A DNA stretch of 62,576 nt, filler included, from Kipferlia bialata (Eukaryota): assembly GCA_003568945.1 (NCBI GenBank). It is 3 parts of 3 records of this genome, joined end to end, with 100 filler letters (N's around TTAATTAATTAA, not from the genome) between each part and the next. Parts side by side here need not be neighbours in the genome. Positions count along the whole stretch, not along the records: positions 20,946 to 41,720 come from BDIP01000354.1; positions 41,821 to 62,576 come from BDIP01000355.1; 1 more part is not named here. The stretch is one strand, 5' to 3'. How positions within the stretch are numbered: the stretch's first letter is position 1; each line of letters starts with the position of its first letter. Under the pieces are notes generated by a model. It made no database searches. It worked only from the letters and a program-made list of their open reading frames with translations, and was not told where the DNA came from. Made by a program: the position numbers and the translations under genes. Positions 37,201 through 49,940 of the stretch are shown in pieces.

Positions 37201-38271
37201 AAGGTACTCTATATATATATATACACATATATATATATATGTTCAAATAGTATAGTGTCCTAGTAATACTATTTTGGTGTTGCTCTGGTTGTTGTGGCAG
37301 TGGCCAAGCAGATGGCAAGGTATTACATATCACACACACATATATATATATATGTCTACGTAAACGAAATTTACTGGCAATGTTTTAGTAATATGTGCCT
37401 CTGGTGGTTGTGGCCAAGGAGATGGGAAGGCATTATCCAATGTAGATACATTGAATTTGAATACAAGCAGACTAAATACCCTGCATATGGTTCAATGCTT
37501 GTTTCAGTGGCCAAGGAGATGGCAAGGTAGTATTATATGGTATATCCACCCCCCCACCATCATGTTTGACACATTTCCAACACACAATACCATCATATAC
37601 AGTGTTACCTTACTTACCATTTATAGACTGACTTCAGCACCATCCGTCGAGACATGTGGTCCACCCTGCAAGACACGCCCATTCAGCCAAACATCGTGTA
37701 TGTGCATATACATATGTGTGTGTGTACGATCATGATCATATCTATGTACTGCCAAAACTAGTATGTAATTATCTAACCTCTCAGCTACGACCTCGTCAGG
37801 AACGCCCCGCAGTCATTCCACGACAGTATGGCTAGAAAGGTGGGTAGAATATGATACTGCTTCACCTCTCATTATTTTTGTGTCGTCTCACCCAGGACCT
37901 TCTACCCTCCCTATACAGGACTGGTGCCTATGGGGTCACCCCTGCCCTGCAACTAGACCCTTTATTGAGCCAGATGGTGTACACTGTGTACAATGCACTG
38001 GTCATTGCGTCAGACACACAGGGGGACACGGGGGAGAGGTAGTATATAGATATGTATATATATATATATATATATATAACTATACTTTACATACTGAATA
38101 CTCATATATTATGTATAATATACGTATTGATTGCATCAGACACACCGGGGGACACGTCGGAGAGGTATAGTACTACACTGTTCTCATGATATCTACGTAC
38201 ATACGGACATAGACACTAATATATATATATATATATATATATATGCTGTGACCCTTTCCATAGGGCATATT

Positions 38272-38309
<38 letters not shown>

Positions 38310-41052
38310 TGTGACCCTAACCATAGGGCCTCTGAGCTCATGGAGTCCCTGGACATATGGGCAGACGCAGACACTAGCATGTCCACTGATACTGGGACAC
38401 CTGAGGCTCAGCAGGTACTATATTGAAGTAATTATCCATATGTCTGATTCATCATCAATATTCCTGGCAGTGTGTTTGCTTCATAGGAAACTCACCTGCT
38501 AGGTCACCACCCTTCTCTCTTCCGTCCTGACGTCGGTGAATGCATTTAACCTCGACATAGAGGTCTCGACAAGACACCCTGTGTTGGAGGCGCAACGGCC
38601 AACGGTTACCGCGCCTAGTTCCCCCGGTACCACTTTCTCTGGTCCTCAGAACAGAGAGAACCAAGAGAAGCAGACGGTGGTATCCGAACTGCCTGCAAAG
38701 ACTAGGAGGTCCATATCCCCAGATACCACACATAGTGACAGAGACCGAAAGCTGACTCTTTCACCCAGTAGCAAGAGAAGGCCAGTTCCTGATCCGGCTT
38801 CCATGAGGCAGAGGGAGAGAGAGGGGCAGAGAAGGCAAGTGCCTGAGGTTAGGGTGTCTGGAAGGGAGAGGGAGAGAGAGAGAAAGGGTGGTGAGCGAGA
38901 CGACAGAGGCCATTCGTTAGATCGTGATAGTGTGCCACATAGAGAATATCCTGGGGAAAGAAGAGGGTATCGGGGAGAGGAAAGATACGGAGACCAGTAT
39001 AGGCGTCGTGCATACAGGTGAGTATAGTCCTCAAGTGTAGAGAGTAAAGAATAGTAGTGTTTGAGTACTATACACCTGATTATTGTATACTTACCACTAG
39101 CCCCTCTCCCGAGAGAGAGAGAGAAATTGAGAGGGACAGAGAGAGAGACACTCGGAGACGGGATCTGTTCCCAGAGCGCAGGGAGAGGGAGAGGGAAGCT
39201 GCGCTGCGTGACAGAGAAAGAGAGAGGGAAATGGATAGAGAGAGGGAGCGAGCTAAGAAGAGGGCTGGAACAGGTATAGTATGTATATGTTATACATATG
39301 TACTTATACAATCAAGGATTAATGGTGTGTGCTTGTGATTGACCCTTGCTTCCATGCCATGCTTGCTAACCCTACTAATGTGTAGTATGCTATGTATATG
39401 TGATATTATAGATCATATATATATATATATGAGTGTGTATGTAATCTCACTGTCAGGCCAATATATGTATATACTTATACTATATATACTTATATTTATA
39501 ACTCACTGTCAGGTCTGTCTTCCAACCTTGGTCATATATTTTTGTATATGTATAGTATATTCTATGTATTATAGTATATTCTATGTAGTAACTGACTCTC
39601 AGGTCTGTTTGCCAACCTTGGCGCCAAATCAGCAGAGGCACCTAGGGACAGAGAGGCAGCCAGCAGTATGGAGAGAGAGAGGGAGAGAGAGAGACCTGCC
39701 ATGGACTGGCCCAGTGTGCCTCCTGGGAGGTACTTAAATAGTATACTTATACTATTATTCTACTATTATTCTACTATTATTCATGTATGATTCCTCCCGT
39801 GATTTACTATCATATATTTCTGTGTGTGTCTTCATGTTTATATCTAGGAACCCGTTAGTGTAGCTCCTGGGAGGTACATCAAATAGTATACTTCTCTTCA
39901 CATATATATATACTGAAGACAGATATATTGGTATCTGACAGTAGGAACCCCTTCTCTGGCAAACCAGACCCTAGATATGGACAGGAACCAGGTACTCTCT
40001 CTCTCTCTATGTGTATGCATATATATGACCAGGTACTGTGTTTGTTGTGTGAGCCATATGGGGATGGCATACATGCAGTTAATGGGTATATTAATATATA
40101 TATATGTACAAATGAGTGTTAGTGTTACTTTAACAATACTTGATTTGATACGGACAGGAATGAGACAGTACCCGCTAGTAGATACAGTGTATATTTAGAC
40201 ACTTTTCTGATATCAGAGAGCCAGAGAGAGAAGGAGAGACGTGAACAGCGGGAGAGAGAACTCGAGGAGGCCATGGCCAGACGGGAGGGGAGGTACATTG
40301 AATGCAATATTACCATGATACTAAACACATTAAGTACAATTGAGTGTGTTATTAGTATATTTGTGTATATGGAGGCCATGGCCAGACGGGAGGGGGGGTG
40401 TACTGCACATAATCCATACTATTCATGTCATATACTATTCGTTCTTTTTTCTATTTAGGTAGCCAATGTTTTGGAATCCCGCAGACAATGCTACTCAAAC
40501 TCCTGTTGGCTCTGTTGCATATATTTCATGTCATATACTATTAGGCCTAGTATTTAGGTTGGGATTATATATAGGATACCTCACAATGATACTCAAATAC
40601 CTATTGGCTTTGTTGTTTTAGTGCTCCTCTCACTCAACAGACCATTGTCACCCAAACTAGAGCCAGTATATATATGTATATATTAGTATATGTGTCTGTA
40701 TATATATATATATGAATATATATTTTGTGACAATGACCCCGACACAGGGTATTGTCACCCAAACTAGAGCCAGATGGAGGGACAGGGACTCAAGGCACTC
40801 AAGGTCCCGTCACTGGTGATAACCTCCTAGGTACTTCCAGATACATCTTACTGTATATATGATATGTATATGTTTGAAGAGCCATAGAGAGATAGCCTCA
40901 AGGCACTGGCATATCCCATATCCCATATCCCATCCAGTCACTGCTGATAACCTCCTGGATACATTGACTGATACTTATGAGTACATGTTTGTATTCAACC
41001 TCTCACCCCAGATGGCGTCAGTGACGATGACGAGATTGAGTGGTGTGAGTAA
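31242..41052 (+). CDS. Large multi-exon protein with a probable divergent cyclin fold and an RE/RD/RS-rich C-terminal region
   Basis: About 30 small exons form a largely phase-consistent chain. The segment ELEMNRTLEYRLVCLAASLSIKILAEATGGTISPRAYALSALMLHRLYTTATLASVPPAIGAGAAAAIAIK (34620-35526) resembles a cyclin box. RE/RD-rich exons lie at 38503-39272. The gene ends DGVSDDDEIEWCE* (TAA 41050-41052). The gene structure is well supported; the cyclin call is tentative. Confidence 0.55.
36964..37003 (+). repeat. (TGACT)8 tandem repeat immediately upstream of an acceptor AG
   Basis: acctgacttgacttgac...ttcag|GTTGC. Confidence 0.9.
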
Positions 41053-41429
41053 CCAAGAGACCACAGAGACAGTCAAAGAGAGTACCCATACGCCATTCAC
41101 CTATTTATTTCCTTCTAGAGACAAACAGTACTCGATACTGATGTACATTATTTCTATAGCACGTCACACGCGCAAAGGTGTAAGGAATAGAGTTCAATAG
41201 TTATCTGCTTCGCTCAAAGTCTGCACCCTTTTGTTGTTTTTCATTCACATAAGCGCTATTCCTACACCCTGCTCTTGGATCCAAAGGTACCCATTGTATT
41301 ATAGGGACTGGAGACACAAGGGAGGCCTATTGAGAGACTCTGATTGCTATTGTGGAAGAATAGGAGCACTGGAGTGAATTCCAGTAAGAAAGAAGCAAGA
41401 GAGAGAGAGAGAGAGAGAGAGAGTAGCAG

Positions 41430-41491
41430 ATGGAGGTCGACCCCCTCACCACTCTGCTCCCCAAGCATCCCAGTGGCTACATCAAAGTCAG
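41430..41491 (+). CDS. Probable first exon of a gene truncated by the scaffold end
   Basis: ATG followed by MEVDPLTTLLPKHPSGYIKV, then AG|gtatgg donor; the intron runs into the terminal poly-C. Confidence 0.45.
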
Positions 41492-41670
41492 GTATGGGGG
41501 TGTATGTGTATCTGTGGATCCAGGGGTATCTAGTGCTGTTCTGGTGCGTCCACAATACACTTACTCACTTGACCTCTATGTCCGGATCTCTCTCTCTCTC
41601 TCACTTAAGTGTTACTGATATGTCCAAATGCTGTATTCGTTGTGTCAGTGTTGAACCTACGCAATATCCA

Positions 41671-41720
<50 letters not shown>

Positions 41721-41820
41721 NNNNNNNNNNNNNNNNNNNNNNNNNNNNNNNNNNNNNNNNNNNNTTAATTAATTAANNNNNNNNNNNNNNNNNNNNNNNN
41801 NNNNNNNNNNNNNNNNNNNN
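41721..41820. other. Artificial scaffold linker (N44-TTAATTAATTAA-N44)
   Basis: The palindrome is at 41765-41776 within a 100-nt spacer. Confidence 0.97.
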
Positions 41821-42359
41821 GAACAGAAGTGGGGGATAGGGTACACTCCAATTGGTTCCCACCGTGAGCAAGCGGCGGTCGCGTCGCCGATAGTTACCGG
41901 GTTTTGAATATACTGTTATGCTGTGTTCAATATAGCAATGATCCTAAAGGAACTCGGGGTGCAGCATATGACATACCCATAAAACCCTACCTCAACAGAA
42001 GCTTATGATTCCCAGAAACATGGCATATCCTTTAACATCTTGTGCCAATCATATATTGGTACCTGGCAGGCCATTTATTAACTTCCTCTATGCAATCATG
42101 CCCTGCAGATTCTGGAGAAATATTCACTTCAATCTCTCCAGACTCCATTCCACATAGTCTGCGTCTTCTTCCAGAGATCTGTTATTGACTCCATTTTCTC
42201 TGTCAACTGCATGTATATACGTGTACGGAACACTTGTTATCCAGAAGATGCCTCATCGTGACACAAGTGATACCCTCTATGAATGATGGTTGTACAGTCC
42301 CACCCTAGCGAATATGTGTGTGCACAACTCTCTTTACCACCGCCCTTGACATCTCTTTC

Positions 42360-43454
42360 ATGCAGCTAGCCAACACCAACTTCTTTCCACCTGGGCAGCG
42401 CCCATCCATCCAACCCTTGGCTGTGGCAGGACCTGACGCAAACCAGATCATACGCATGCAGGGAAGTGATACATTCGAGGTTGTGTCTCTTGTAGGCAGT
42501 GACAGTGACGATATGGCAGAAATGGGTTTTGACCGTGTCCCTGTGAGAGTACGTCCCAACATCTTCAGGAGGCTGTTTTGGAAGAGGGAGAACAGCCATG
42601 AGGTGTCAGTTTCCTACATGATGCACTGCGTTCTACACGGTGTGCTGTATTACACGTTCAGGGAGGATTCAGGTACTCTCCGGGTGAGAGCAATATCACT
42701 TGACACATACAAGAGTGTCAAGGTTCCCCAGTTACCTTCTTGCAAGGATGAGGCTCGCCCAATCACCCTCTTCTCTCTTGACGACCATGTGGTGTTGCTC
42801 AGAGAACAGCACTTGGGTGTGTCGGGAGCCTACACCTACGTATTCTCCCCTGATGACATAGCAAGGGGTTGGGTGGAGGATGGGCATTTAGAAAGATGCC
42901 GCTTGGATAGGTGCAGTCCTGTATCTGTTTGCGGCGGCAGAGGATACATCCTACTAGAGTACGACGATGACGATACTCACGGGTCGGACCAGCAGATGTA
43001 TGCATACAAGTTGTACAGTGGGTGGGAGAGCGTCGGCTCGGTACCACCAATAACTGTGCCTGAGTACTTCAACTTTGGGTTGAGGTATCCGATGCTAGTG
43101 ATCGGTTCATTCATTGTCCCAACTGTCCTCGGTGTCTTTGATGAACATGTAGATGTTGGGAACTCATTGCCTCTTGCCGCCTTTGATACCATCAGTGGGG
43201 AGTGGCTCCATTTGGGTGAGTATCGGATTTCAGATGGACTCAATGGTCGAAGACACCTTGTGGGCTTCCACCCTGACCTGTTCTTTCCCTCATTCGTACT
43301 GTGTCTTCTGAATTGTGATGGGAACACCCTTGTTTCCAGAGTTGATTCTACCATGGTGTACCCACACTGGAGCCTCAAGTGGGGTACTGGGGGCACTCCT
43401 ATGGTTACCCACCGTGGCCAAGTGATACAGGAGTATGATTTTGTGGTGTTCTGA
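42360..43454 (+). CDS. Intronless protein of about 364 aa, probably a kelch-like/beta-propeller
   Basis: Uninterrupted ORF (first ATG 42360) free of microsatellites. Beta-rich repeats end in aromatic/W motifs (YVFSPDDIARGW, MYAYKLYSGW, AAFDTISGEW), as in divergent kelch blades. Confidence 0.7.
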   Translation: MQLANTNFFPPGQRPSIQPLAVAGPDANQIIRMQGSDTFEVVSLVGSDSDDMAEMGFDRVPVRVRPNIFRRLFWKRENSHEVSVSYMMHCVLHGVLYYTFREDSGTLRVRAISLDTYKSVKVPQLPSCKDEARPITLFSLDDHVVLLREQHLGVSGAYTYVFSPDDIARGWVEDGHLERCRLDRCSPVSVCGGRGYILLEYDDDDTHGSDQQMYAYKLYSGWESVGSVPPITVPEYFNFGLRYPMLVIGSFIVPTVLGVFDEHVDVGNSLPLAAFDTISGEWLHLGEYRISDGLNGRRHLVGFHPDLFFPSFVLCLLNCDGNTLVSRVDSTMVYPHWSLKWGTGGTPMVTHRGQVIQEYDFVVF

Positions 43455-43634
43455 TTAAGAATATATCACTATAGGCCTATGGAAGTTTTGAATCCAGCCT
43501 AGTGTTAGTAGTCAATCTGGGCGAGGTTCATCGAATCACTTATAGTGTAACAGACTGGTGCTAACAGTCGATGTATTAATCGAAAGCGTCATCTATTGTG
43601 TACCAGTCCTAGTGTATGTTGTATACCAGTCTAC

Positions 43635-44441
43635 TTAGTAGTCAATCTGGGCGAGGTTGCAGAATATCTCCTCCAGTGGCTCTGAAGATACACTCCAGAG
43701 CACTCCAGTCTCTCCCTCTCCCTCTCTCTCTCCCTCTCTCTCTCCCTCACCGCAGAGTAGAGCATATAGAGTGGAGAGAGTAGCATCAGGTGCCAGTCTA
43801 AGGGTGACACACACTCTCTCTCCCCCTCTCTCTGTCTCTCTCTCCCTCTCCTCTGATACTACAGGGCAGGTGGCTCTTATCCTGTCTTAGATAGAGAGAA
43901 TAGAGAGAGACGGATAGATAGAGAGAGCTAGATAGAATAGAGATATCGTGTCAACGCCAAGATAGAGGTATATGATATATGGTATCATATAGCCTCTACA
44001 TTATTGGTTAATGGAGCATGTTACCTCTCTGCTAGTGTATGTACCGCTCTCCCACCGCCATCACCAGAGTGACTGCGAAGCTGCACAGCGACACCATTGG
44101 CAGCCTGAGGGGGTTAGCAGTTGTAGTGATGTATGTAATATATACTATACATATATACTGCAGTAATGTATATATGAAACCATAACTCATATATAGCAGT
44201 CACCTGTCTCTTCAGTACTGACACCCGTGCCTCTATATACACCATCCAGTATGCATAGATACCAATATATACATAATATATACAACACACACACACACGT
44301 GTACTCACACACACATATTTATATATATATATATATATATACACTAGTACCTGTCTCTTGAGCTCCAGCACTGACCCCTGTGCCACCAGCTGACCCTTCC
44401 TAAGGACACCACATCTGAGGTGAGGATAGACAGATACACTA

Positions 44442-44490
<49 letters not shown>

Positions 44491-46484
44491 CATATTACAC
44501 TATACCAGTTTCTCAGGACACCGCACCTGAGGTCAGGTAGGTATATGCTATTATGGGAGAATGTATAACACTCTATTACACTGCAACCTTACATCTAATT
44601 ATAGAACTCTATAGTACCTGTCTGCCAGCGCCTCTGCCTCCCCCATCGAGTGTGTAGTATCGTTATACATACACACATATATGAATCAATACACACACAC
44701 ATATGAATATATATTCATTAATGTATTATACCTGTCAGCCAGTGCCTCTGCCTCCCCCATCGAGTGTGTGGTGAGTACCACAGTGAGTGACGCAGCGGCC
44801 TCTAGCAGACCAGTCCACACGCCCTGTCTGGTGGCTACATCTAGGCCGGTGGTGGGCTGAGGGTAAGTGTATGACCCATGATACATAGGCACACACAGTA
44901 AGTAATTAATGTAACTAGTACTGGGATGCCTAGTGGTTTAGAGAACAGTAAGAGTGATACAAAACACAAGTCATATGCGGTATATATACAAGGTGTGTAT
45001 TATTTCACCCTGTCTGGTGGCTACATCTAGGCTATGCCCATCTCTCTCTCTCTCTCTCTCAATTCCAGTATATATACAGATACACAATATCAAGTATATG
45101 TACATGTATGCACACACACATATACATGATATACTATGAATACCTCATCTGCTAGGAGTATGGACAGAACTAGGTATATATGATATATATGCGCAAATAA
45201 ATAAATATAAAGTATATATATATATTTAATATATACAATATATACCTCATCAGCCAGGAGGATGGACCTGGCCCCTAGGACAGCCATGCCCATCCCTCTC
45301 TCTCTCTATCCCTCTCCGTTCTAAGTATATATAAGTATATATAAGTATTTTTGTATGAATATATACTACTATGTATGAATACCTCGTCAGCCAGGAGTAT
45401 GGACCTGGCCCCTAGCACAGCCATGCCCAGAGACATCCTGCGTCTCATGCCACCAGACAGCTCACCTGGGGTGGGGAAATGAGTGGATACAGTATACACA
45501 GCATAATATACGTGATAACAAGCTATATATATGGAGAGACATATCTTACGCCTCATGCCGCCTGACAGTTCACCTGGGGTGGGGATAGTATATTTAGTAT
45601 ATATATATATATATAATGCAGTATTTGATTGTAACTGTATTATATGGTACCTGCCCTCTTGTGTGCATGCTGCACAAGACCCACTGTGCCAAGGGCCTGC
45701 TGCACATGTACCTCTCTCTCTCTCTCTCTCCCACGCACGTCAGCGATCAGGTCCATGTGCTGCCTGGTATTAAGGATATGGCTACTGCTACGTAAAATAC
45801 AGTATAGTGCAACCGCTTAATTTACGGTCATGATACTACACGACAGTAGCGTAACCGCGTACCTCACTGTCATGTTGGGCCAGTAGAGGTCGTGCTGCGG
45901 CACACACACCACGTGGTCACTGACTATGGCTCTCTCTCTCTCCTGTCCCTCTCCCTCTGTCCTCTCTGCCCCTCCCTCCCTGTCAAACATGCACTGACCA
46001 CTGAGCATGCCCTTGCCACAGTCAGGGTGCAGGATACCTGTGATTAGATACGCACCCACACCCACACACACATATGTATATGTATATATACATATCCACA
46101 TGTACTATAGATATATACATGGAGTTAGACAGCAGTCCTGGCTTGTACATGTACATAATACACATGGATGTACAACTGAGGGATCTCCGTTACATACTAT
46201 TCTGTCACATATATATATCAACATGCCACACACCTGCTATACAGTAGATCAGCCTTGTCTTGCTAGCATAACAATAGCCTATATTACATATACTATATGT
46301 ACACATATATACATTGAATAGCCCATACTACGTATATCATATGTATACATATATACATTGAATAGCCTATACCACGTATATACTATATACAAACACAAAG
46401 ACGTACCTGTGATGCAGTTGATGAGGGTGGTCTTTCCGGCCCCATTGACACCCAGCAGTGCATATACTACATACATACACTATA

Positions 46485-46524
<40 letters not shown>

Positions 46525-49425
46525 ACATGCCTGTGATGCAGTTGATAAGGGTAGTCTTTCCAGCCCCATTCACGCCCAGCAGTGCATATACTACATACAT
46601 ACACTATAGGCATATATATATAGTATACATGCCTGTGATGCAATTAATCAGTGTTGTCTTTCCGGCCCCATTGACCCCCAGCAGTGCATAGACCTCACCC
46701 TGCCTCAGGGTCAGGGAGACACCACGCAGGGCCTAGGGGGTTAGATATACAGGGGTATATATATATATATGTATATATGGGTGACCAGGGAGACACTTCG
46801 GAGGGCCTGGGAATAAGGTAACCAAATGATGTATTGAATATATAATATGCATATCTTATACATATATATAGTGTCATTGATACCACGTAAGGTAAGGGAA
46901 AGATATCCATAGGAATAGAACGAGTGATGGATGTATGTCAACATATATATATACATAAGGTCAGATAGATGAACTTCAGGTATATATGTATATACCCATA
47001 TACCTTAGTTCCATTACTGTATGTGTGGTGGATGTCTGTCAGACTCAGACTGGCNNNNNNNNNNTCCATTACTGTATGTGTGGTGGATGTCTGTCAGACT
47101 CAGACTGGCATCTGATAGAGTACACGACACACAATATATATATATATATATATATGTATCTATGTCTATACATGCCTACCTTTGTGCCATTACTGTATGT
47201 GTGGTGGATGTCTGTCAGACTCAGACTGGCATCGGGTGCCATATCAGCCCCTGCCTCATCCCCGTACTCGTCTTGCTCACTCTCACTCTCACTGGCAATG
47301 GGTACAACTGACAGAAGGGCAGTATCCTCTGGAGTTCTAGTGGTTAGATGGTAACAGAGACACTTGGCCATCTAGATGATGTATGCATGTGAGTACATCT
47401 ACTCGAGAGTACCTTGCATCACCCCCACTGAATAGGCCAGCTACATATGCAGCTACACCCCTAACCACCCTGTGAGTGCCTCTGAGCACAGAAAGGGCAG
47501 TACCCCTCACACTCCCCGCCTAACGGTTAGGATGCCAACAAATAGTGTGGTCAGCAGTAGTATATATACTATATTGCACACCCTACCTGAATCAGGCATG
47601 CCCCGGCTAGATAGAGCACTATACCCACTACACACTGCATAGGAAGGTGATCTGTGGAGGATGGGTGTGACAACATGTCACAGAAGGCAAGAGGGGGGAA
47701 CAGGAACATGCCTAATTGTGAGGATGGTGTGTAGTGTCTATAATAGGAATGAATAGGAATATATTAGGACATTACATATGTCACAGAAGGGGGGGAAGAG
47801 GAATAACCTTGATTGTGAGGTTGCAAACAGACTGTAGAAGAGGAAACGGCATAATACCAGTACAAGTGTTCTATAAAGACAAAAACAGAAGACAAAGAAA
47901 CAGAATATATTGAGAAACTATTCTATCGACGCAAATATATATCCATAATACAGGTGAGTAGAGAGGTACAAACATGCTGACCTGCTGTAGGTGGGACAGA
48001 CATAATATAGTAATAAACAATGATGTTAATCGAAATATGTAATATAATATATATTGTATGTAATATATATGTAATATATATGACTATATATATGACACCA
48101 TGCTAACCTGCGGTAGGTGGGACAAAGACTCCCAGGACCAGGGAGCAGACTGAGGGGTCAGAAAGTGGATGAAACTTAAGATACTTATGGCTGGGTTCTA
48201 CAATATTTGTATAGAGAGAGAGAGAGGGAGATAAGGAGAGAGATGAAATACACACGAGACCAGGGGGCCCAATGGACATCAGAGAGTGTCTAACCTCAAT
48301 GAGGAAATGCGTATATACCCATATGCGTACCCATATACATACCCATATATGTGTATTTATGTACATATGTATATGTGTACATGCGTACCCATGAGTATAC
48401 TGGACACGATCGATGCAGTGGCCTGGCGCTTGAGGGTGACACCTTGGGGTGAGACTCTATATGACTATATATATATATATATAATACCTATATATATAAT
48501 ACTATACGGATAAATGATGTACCTACGAGTGCCCCACATGCCACACACCCCAGTATACCCAGCATGAATGACGTGAATATATATATATACTATATGGGTA
48601 CTATACATATTGATTCTCTATACAAATATGTGTACATATGTATATACCTACGAGTGCTCCGCATGCCACACACCCCAGGGTACCCAGCAGGAATGACGTG
48701 AAGGTCTGGAGCAGGTCCTCTGAGAACAGGGAGAGACCAAGGACAGAGCCTATCAGTACGGCGAGGAGGGAGACACAGAGACCTAGGTGTTAGTACATAG
48801 TGTGTATTAGTACATGTACATAGATTAGGGGGAGAGACCAAGGACAGAGCCTATCAGTACGGCGAGGAGAGAAACACACACCTTGTGGTTTTACGCAGTT
48901 ACAACATAGAGAGAGATGTTAGGGAGGGAGACACAGAGACCTAGAGGAAAGGCATACTTGAAAGATCATATTATATGTAAGGCACACTTAAAAGACTATA
49001 TAATATAGACTATGAGGACATCCAGTATCAGTATCATCATACTGACACTGATAATGCCATTTGTGATGTATGGTGATGTATATAGTGTGTAGTATGTATG
49101 TACTACAGGTCCTCACCCTGCACCTATGGTGTGTCTCTACGTATATATCACATGTACCACTGTTATATCTATATATATATACTCACTGAATAGGATACCC
49201 TGCACCCCAAAGTATGCAGGAGTAACAATATTCAGCACAATATATAATACAGGTGTATTAAGATGCCCATATCATTGTCCTCACCTTCCACCTATAGTAT
49301 GCAGAGACCATCAGGGTAGGTATCTACGTCTATATGATATATAACTATATATACTCACTCTATAGGAGTCTATCTATATATATACTCACGGTATCAGCAG
49401 GTACATTGCATATCTTTATCTATAC

Positions 49426-49472
<47 letters not shown>

Positions 49473-49905
49473 CATATATACCCTGTACACCATAGTATGC
49501 AGCCACCATGAGTGTATGGGATGCAGGGGACAGAGAGTGTATCCTGAGCAGTCTCACTCTGCCGTTCTCAAGGTCAGAGGCCAGGGAGACAGCAACCCTG
49601 GAGTAAGCAAATCTATATCTACATATATCTACATATATATATATATATATCACAATGTGTGTATGTGGGTGTAGGAGAGAGATATGCGTAGTGTAGTATA
49701 TGTATCGCATAGTATGAATATTCACATACCTTGGTATAAAGACGAGGGCCACGATAGGAGCCAGCAGCTCCGTCAATAGGGAGAGAAGGGCACCTGGGAT
49801 AAGGCCACAACATACCCACATATACACACATATATATATACAGCAATACAGATATCATACAGACATAAGGAGAGAAAGGCACCTGCGATTGGAGTGCAGA
49901 CACAT

Positions 49906-49940
<35 letters not shown>

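Noticed and set aside
46407..46732. Dscam-style mutually exclusive exon cluster
   Set aside because: The copies are half-exons carrying only one proper splice site, and they encode the same peptide. Using the nearby tag|TA acceptor would delete the conserved GE before Walker A.
47010..47110. Identical copies flanking the 10-N gap as separate echoes
   Set aside because: A perfect duplicate on both sides of a tiny gap is a typical scaffolding overlap artefact. Only one is counted as an echo.
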